Part shown: positions 62,021 to 64,000 of the stretch, piece after piece
How the letters are laid out: each line of letters opens with the position of its first letter
Position numbering within the stretch: position 1 is the stretch's first letter
Source of the DNA: Patescibacteria group bacterium
GTDB lineage: Bacteria > Patescibacteriota > Patescibacteriia > UBA9570
Length of the DNA: 64,000 nt
Direction of reading: 5' to 3'
Assembly (NCBI GenBank): GCA_041660305.1
Contig: JBAZWO010000001.1
Span: forward strand, 290,268 to 354,267
Translations under genes and position numbers: made by a program
The notes under the pieces: model-generated
Told to the model about the DNA's origin: nothing
The model's input: the letters and a program-made list of their open reading frames with translations, nothing else
Database searches by the model: none

Positions 62021-63925
62021 TTAATCTGGTTGATTATAATTATTTGCAAACTCTTTTTTTGCCTCTTCAATTTCCAATAACTGCTTAGGATCGGAAGTAA
62101 TAATCTGATCCTCCGTATAAGAGGCGATAATTTTAATAGCCGCATGTTTTGGTCCAGCAAAAAATATCCCCTCACCAACATTACCTTCCAATAATAAATA
62201 TTTTTCGCCATTAGTTAGCAAAAAGGTTTTTTGCACATTATCAATTGAAGCCGGTGATTGTTTTAATAGTATTTGTAAAGCAGAATTAGTAACAATCGCC
62301 CGACCATATGGTGATAACAAGAAATCATTCACATCTTGCGTAATGGTAGTAACACCTAAATAATATTTTCGACAGCGTTTTACCAGCGCAAAAATAAATT
62401 TAGCCGAATCCTCATTCTGCATCAGCCACCAGGCTTCATCAATTACCAAGATTCTTCGTTTTAATTCCGACCGGACAATATTCCAAATAAAACTAACAAT
62501 AGTATAAATACCAATTGGCCGCAACTCATCTTCTAAATCGCGCACTGAAAATACCACTAACTGATTATTTAAATCAATGTTGGTAGAGCTAGAAAATAAA
62601 CCAGCAAAAGTACCCTCGGTGTATTTTTTTAAACGTAGTACTAAATCCTGGCTACCTTCAAAACCAGTTAAAATATCTTGAAATTCTCTTAAAATTGGTG
62701 CTTCAACTTTAGATAAATCGGCATCGGGCGTAATATCTTTTTTCGCGTAAGTTTCTATTAAGGCGCGGTCAATAATGGAATCTTCGGCTGGAGTAATGTT
62801 ACCCAACATAATACGCAGCAACCCCTTTAAAGTAATTACAGCTGAACGTAAAATATCAGCTGGCCGATCGGCTCCGCCAACTGGTTTTGGTAAATCAAAC
62901 GGATTTATTTTGGCTTCAGAATTAAGGGAAATGGGAATAAACGTACCACCAACTGCATCCGATAAATATTTATACTCGTTTTCCGGATCAATCACAATTA
63001 CCTGTGTGCCCATCATTAAACTGCGTAAAATTTCTAATTTAATAGCATAGCTTTTACCGGCGCCTGATGTAGCAAATACCACTGAATTAGCATTTTGTAA
63101 AGCAAACCGATCGAATAAAATTAAGCTGTTATTATGCCGATTAATACCATATAAAATACCATTATCACTACTTAGTTCCGCTGAAATAAATGGAAACGAC
63201 GAAGCACATGGCGATGAATTCATGTTAAAATACACCTGTAACTGATCATTGGCTAGTGGTAATGTGGAATCAAACCCCTGTTCCGCTTGATAATACACCC
63301 GTTTCGCTACTACTAATTTGGAACCAAATTCTTCATCTAAGCGCTCCATAATATCTTCTAACGATTTTTCGTTATCAGCATAAGCCGTTAAATAAAGCGC
63401 GTATTGAAAAAATTTCTCCGTACCCTGAGTTAAGCTATCCCGTAAGTTTTCAATGTCTTTTAAAGCCGTTTCTTTCATTGGATCGCGCGGCGCGCCTTTT
63501 TCCGCATCGGAAATAATTTCCGCTTCTAGCGCACCCACTTTCTTTTTTAATTGTTTTAAAATAACCGAGGGCTTGACCGGATAAAAATACATGGCAATAT
63601 CCAACGATAAATTAAGTGTAATCATGGGCGCAAACCAACCAACCGCAATATACCGTGGATAAGTAACTACAAACATGGTAGAAGCTAATTTACCACCCAA
63701 ATCTATCCAACGTGATTGCACTTTTAAAGCGGCCGGCGCAATAATATCTAAAATAGACCTTACTCCTTCGGCATAAACTTTGGCTGCTTCTAACAATTCC
63801 CTAGTTTCTTGAGCCTCGGCTAATTTACGCTGTCGTTCCAAGGTTAACTCGGCCTTGGTTTTTGGTGTAAACGGGTTAGGTGTAACCTTTTTTTCGGCAA
63901 TGGCTGTTTGTTTTAAATTAATCAT
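62021..63925 (-). CDS. VirB4/TraC-type type IV secretion ATPase
   Basis: 634 aa with Walker A FATSGAGKSYAIK and Walker B RILVIDEAWWLM, in a Gram-positive TrsE/PrgJ-like layout. Confidence 0.85.
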   Translation of the reverse strand: MINLKQTAIAEKKVTPNPFTPKTKAELTLERQRKLAEAQETRELLEAAKVYAEGVRSILDIIAPAALKVQSRWIDLGGKLASTMFVVTYPRYIAVGWFAPMITLNLSLDIAMYFYPVKPSVILKQLKKKVGALEAEIISDAEKGAPRDPMKETALKDIENLRDSLTQGTEKFFQYALYLTAYADNEKSLEDIMERLDEEFGSKLVVAKRVYYQAEQGFDSTLPLANDQLQVYFNMNSSPCASSFPFISAELSSDNGILYGINRHNNSLILFDRFALQNANSVVFATSGAGKSYAIKLEILRSLMMGTQVIVIDPENEYKYLSDAVGGTFIPISLNSEAKINPFDLPKPVGGADRPADILRSAVITLKGLLRIMLGNITPAEDSIIDRALIETYAKKDITPDADLSKVEAPILREFQDILTGFEGSQDLVLRLKKYTEGTFAGLFSSSTNIDLNNQLVVFSVRDLEDELRPIGIYTIVSFIWNIVRSELKRRILVIDEAWWLMQNEDSAKFIFALVKRCRKYYLGVTTITQDVNDFLLSPYGRAIVTNSALQILLKQSPASIDNVQKTFLLTNGEKYLLLEGNVGEGIFFAGPKHAAIKIIASYTEDQIITSDPKQLLEIEEAKKEFANNYNQPD

Positions 63926-63928
63926 ACG

Positions 63929-64000
63929 TTAATTCTGGTCAATTTGCAGCTTATTTAACACCGGCAATTGTCGCGCACTGCCTCGCGTTGGATTATATAA
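63929..64000 (-). CDS. 3' end of an upstream ORF (partial, 23 codons + stop)
   Basis: Own translation gives ...LYNPTRGSARQLPVLNKLQIDQN*. The stop lies 3 nt before the VirB4 ATG, so the two are probably co-transcribed. Confidence 0.3.
   Translation of the reverse strand, partial: LYNPTRGSARQLPVLNKLQIDQN

Overview
This is an AT-rich, tightly packed bacterial chromosome segment. Hand-counted 60-nt host lines give about 28-32% G+C. The standard genetic code applies, since TGA terminates ligA and recG.

Gene content, in order: a partial fic gene; a polyamine pair (PLP decarboxylase and agmatinase); a secreted M4 protease; a PpsA paralogue lacking the PEP/pyruvate barrel, next to true ppsA and pyk; efp; rpsR-ssb-rpsF; ndk; a CheY-like receiver; gatCA; and ligA. 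Then comes a roughly 17-kb type IV pilus locus with no secretin, ordered giant LamG protein, pilM, pilN, pilO, FN3 protein, pilB, pilC, an AbiEii toxin pair, pilA, pilD and four minor pilins. After it lie lemA-htpX-clpC, comF, tRNA-Arg(GCG) and recG. The window ends with a T4SS-like block: a VirB4 ATPase, a VirB8-like protein, a TolB-like protein, and two fusions of a pilin-like anchor to a peptidoglycan hydrolase.

The gene set, the lack of Shine-Dalgarno sites and the monoderm-style pilus and T4SS parts suggest a reduced-genome, CPR/Patescibacteria-like organism. That is inference only.

The most unusual observations are:
1. A dense family of GC-rich modular palindromic mini-elements with CTACCTC/GAGGTAG termini occurs at 12 loci. 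One copy sits in frame inside recG. Inverted pairs bracket the rpsR-ssb-rpsF operon and a foreign island.
2. A second palindrome family (GTAGAGAC...GTCTCTAC) occurs inside ligA, inside recG, and as the tRNA terminator.
3. Two sharply GC-rich islands (about 18.86-20.70 kb and 40.70-42.76 kb) encode secreted proteins; the two island-2 genes have canonical AAGGAGG SD sites and the island-1 gene a weaker GGGAGA. Several host genes instead look leaderless.
4. A roughly 42-bp cis-element is shared by the pilA, pilus-operon and toxin-pair promoters.
5. Two different cell-wall hydrolases share a 261-bp, virtually identical N-terminal module.
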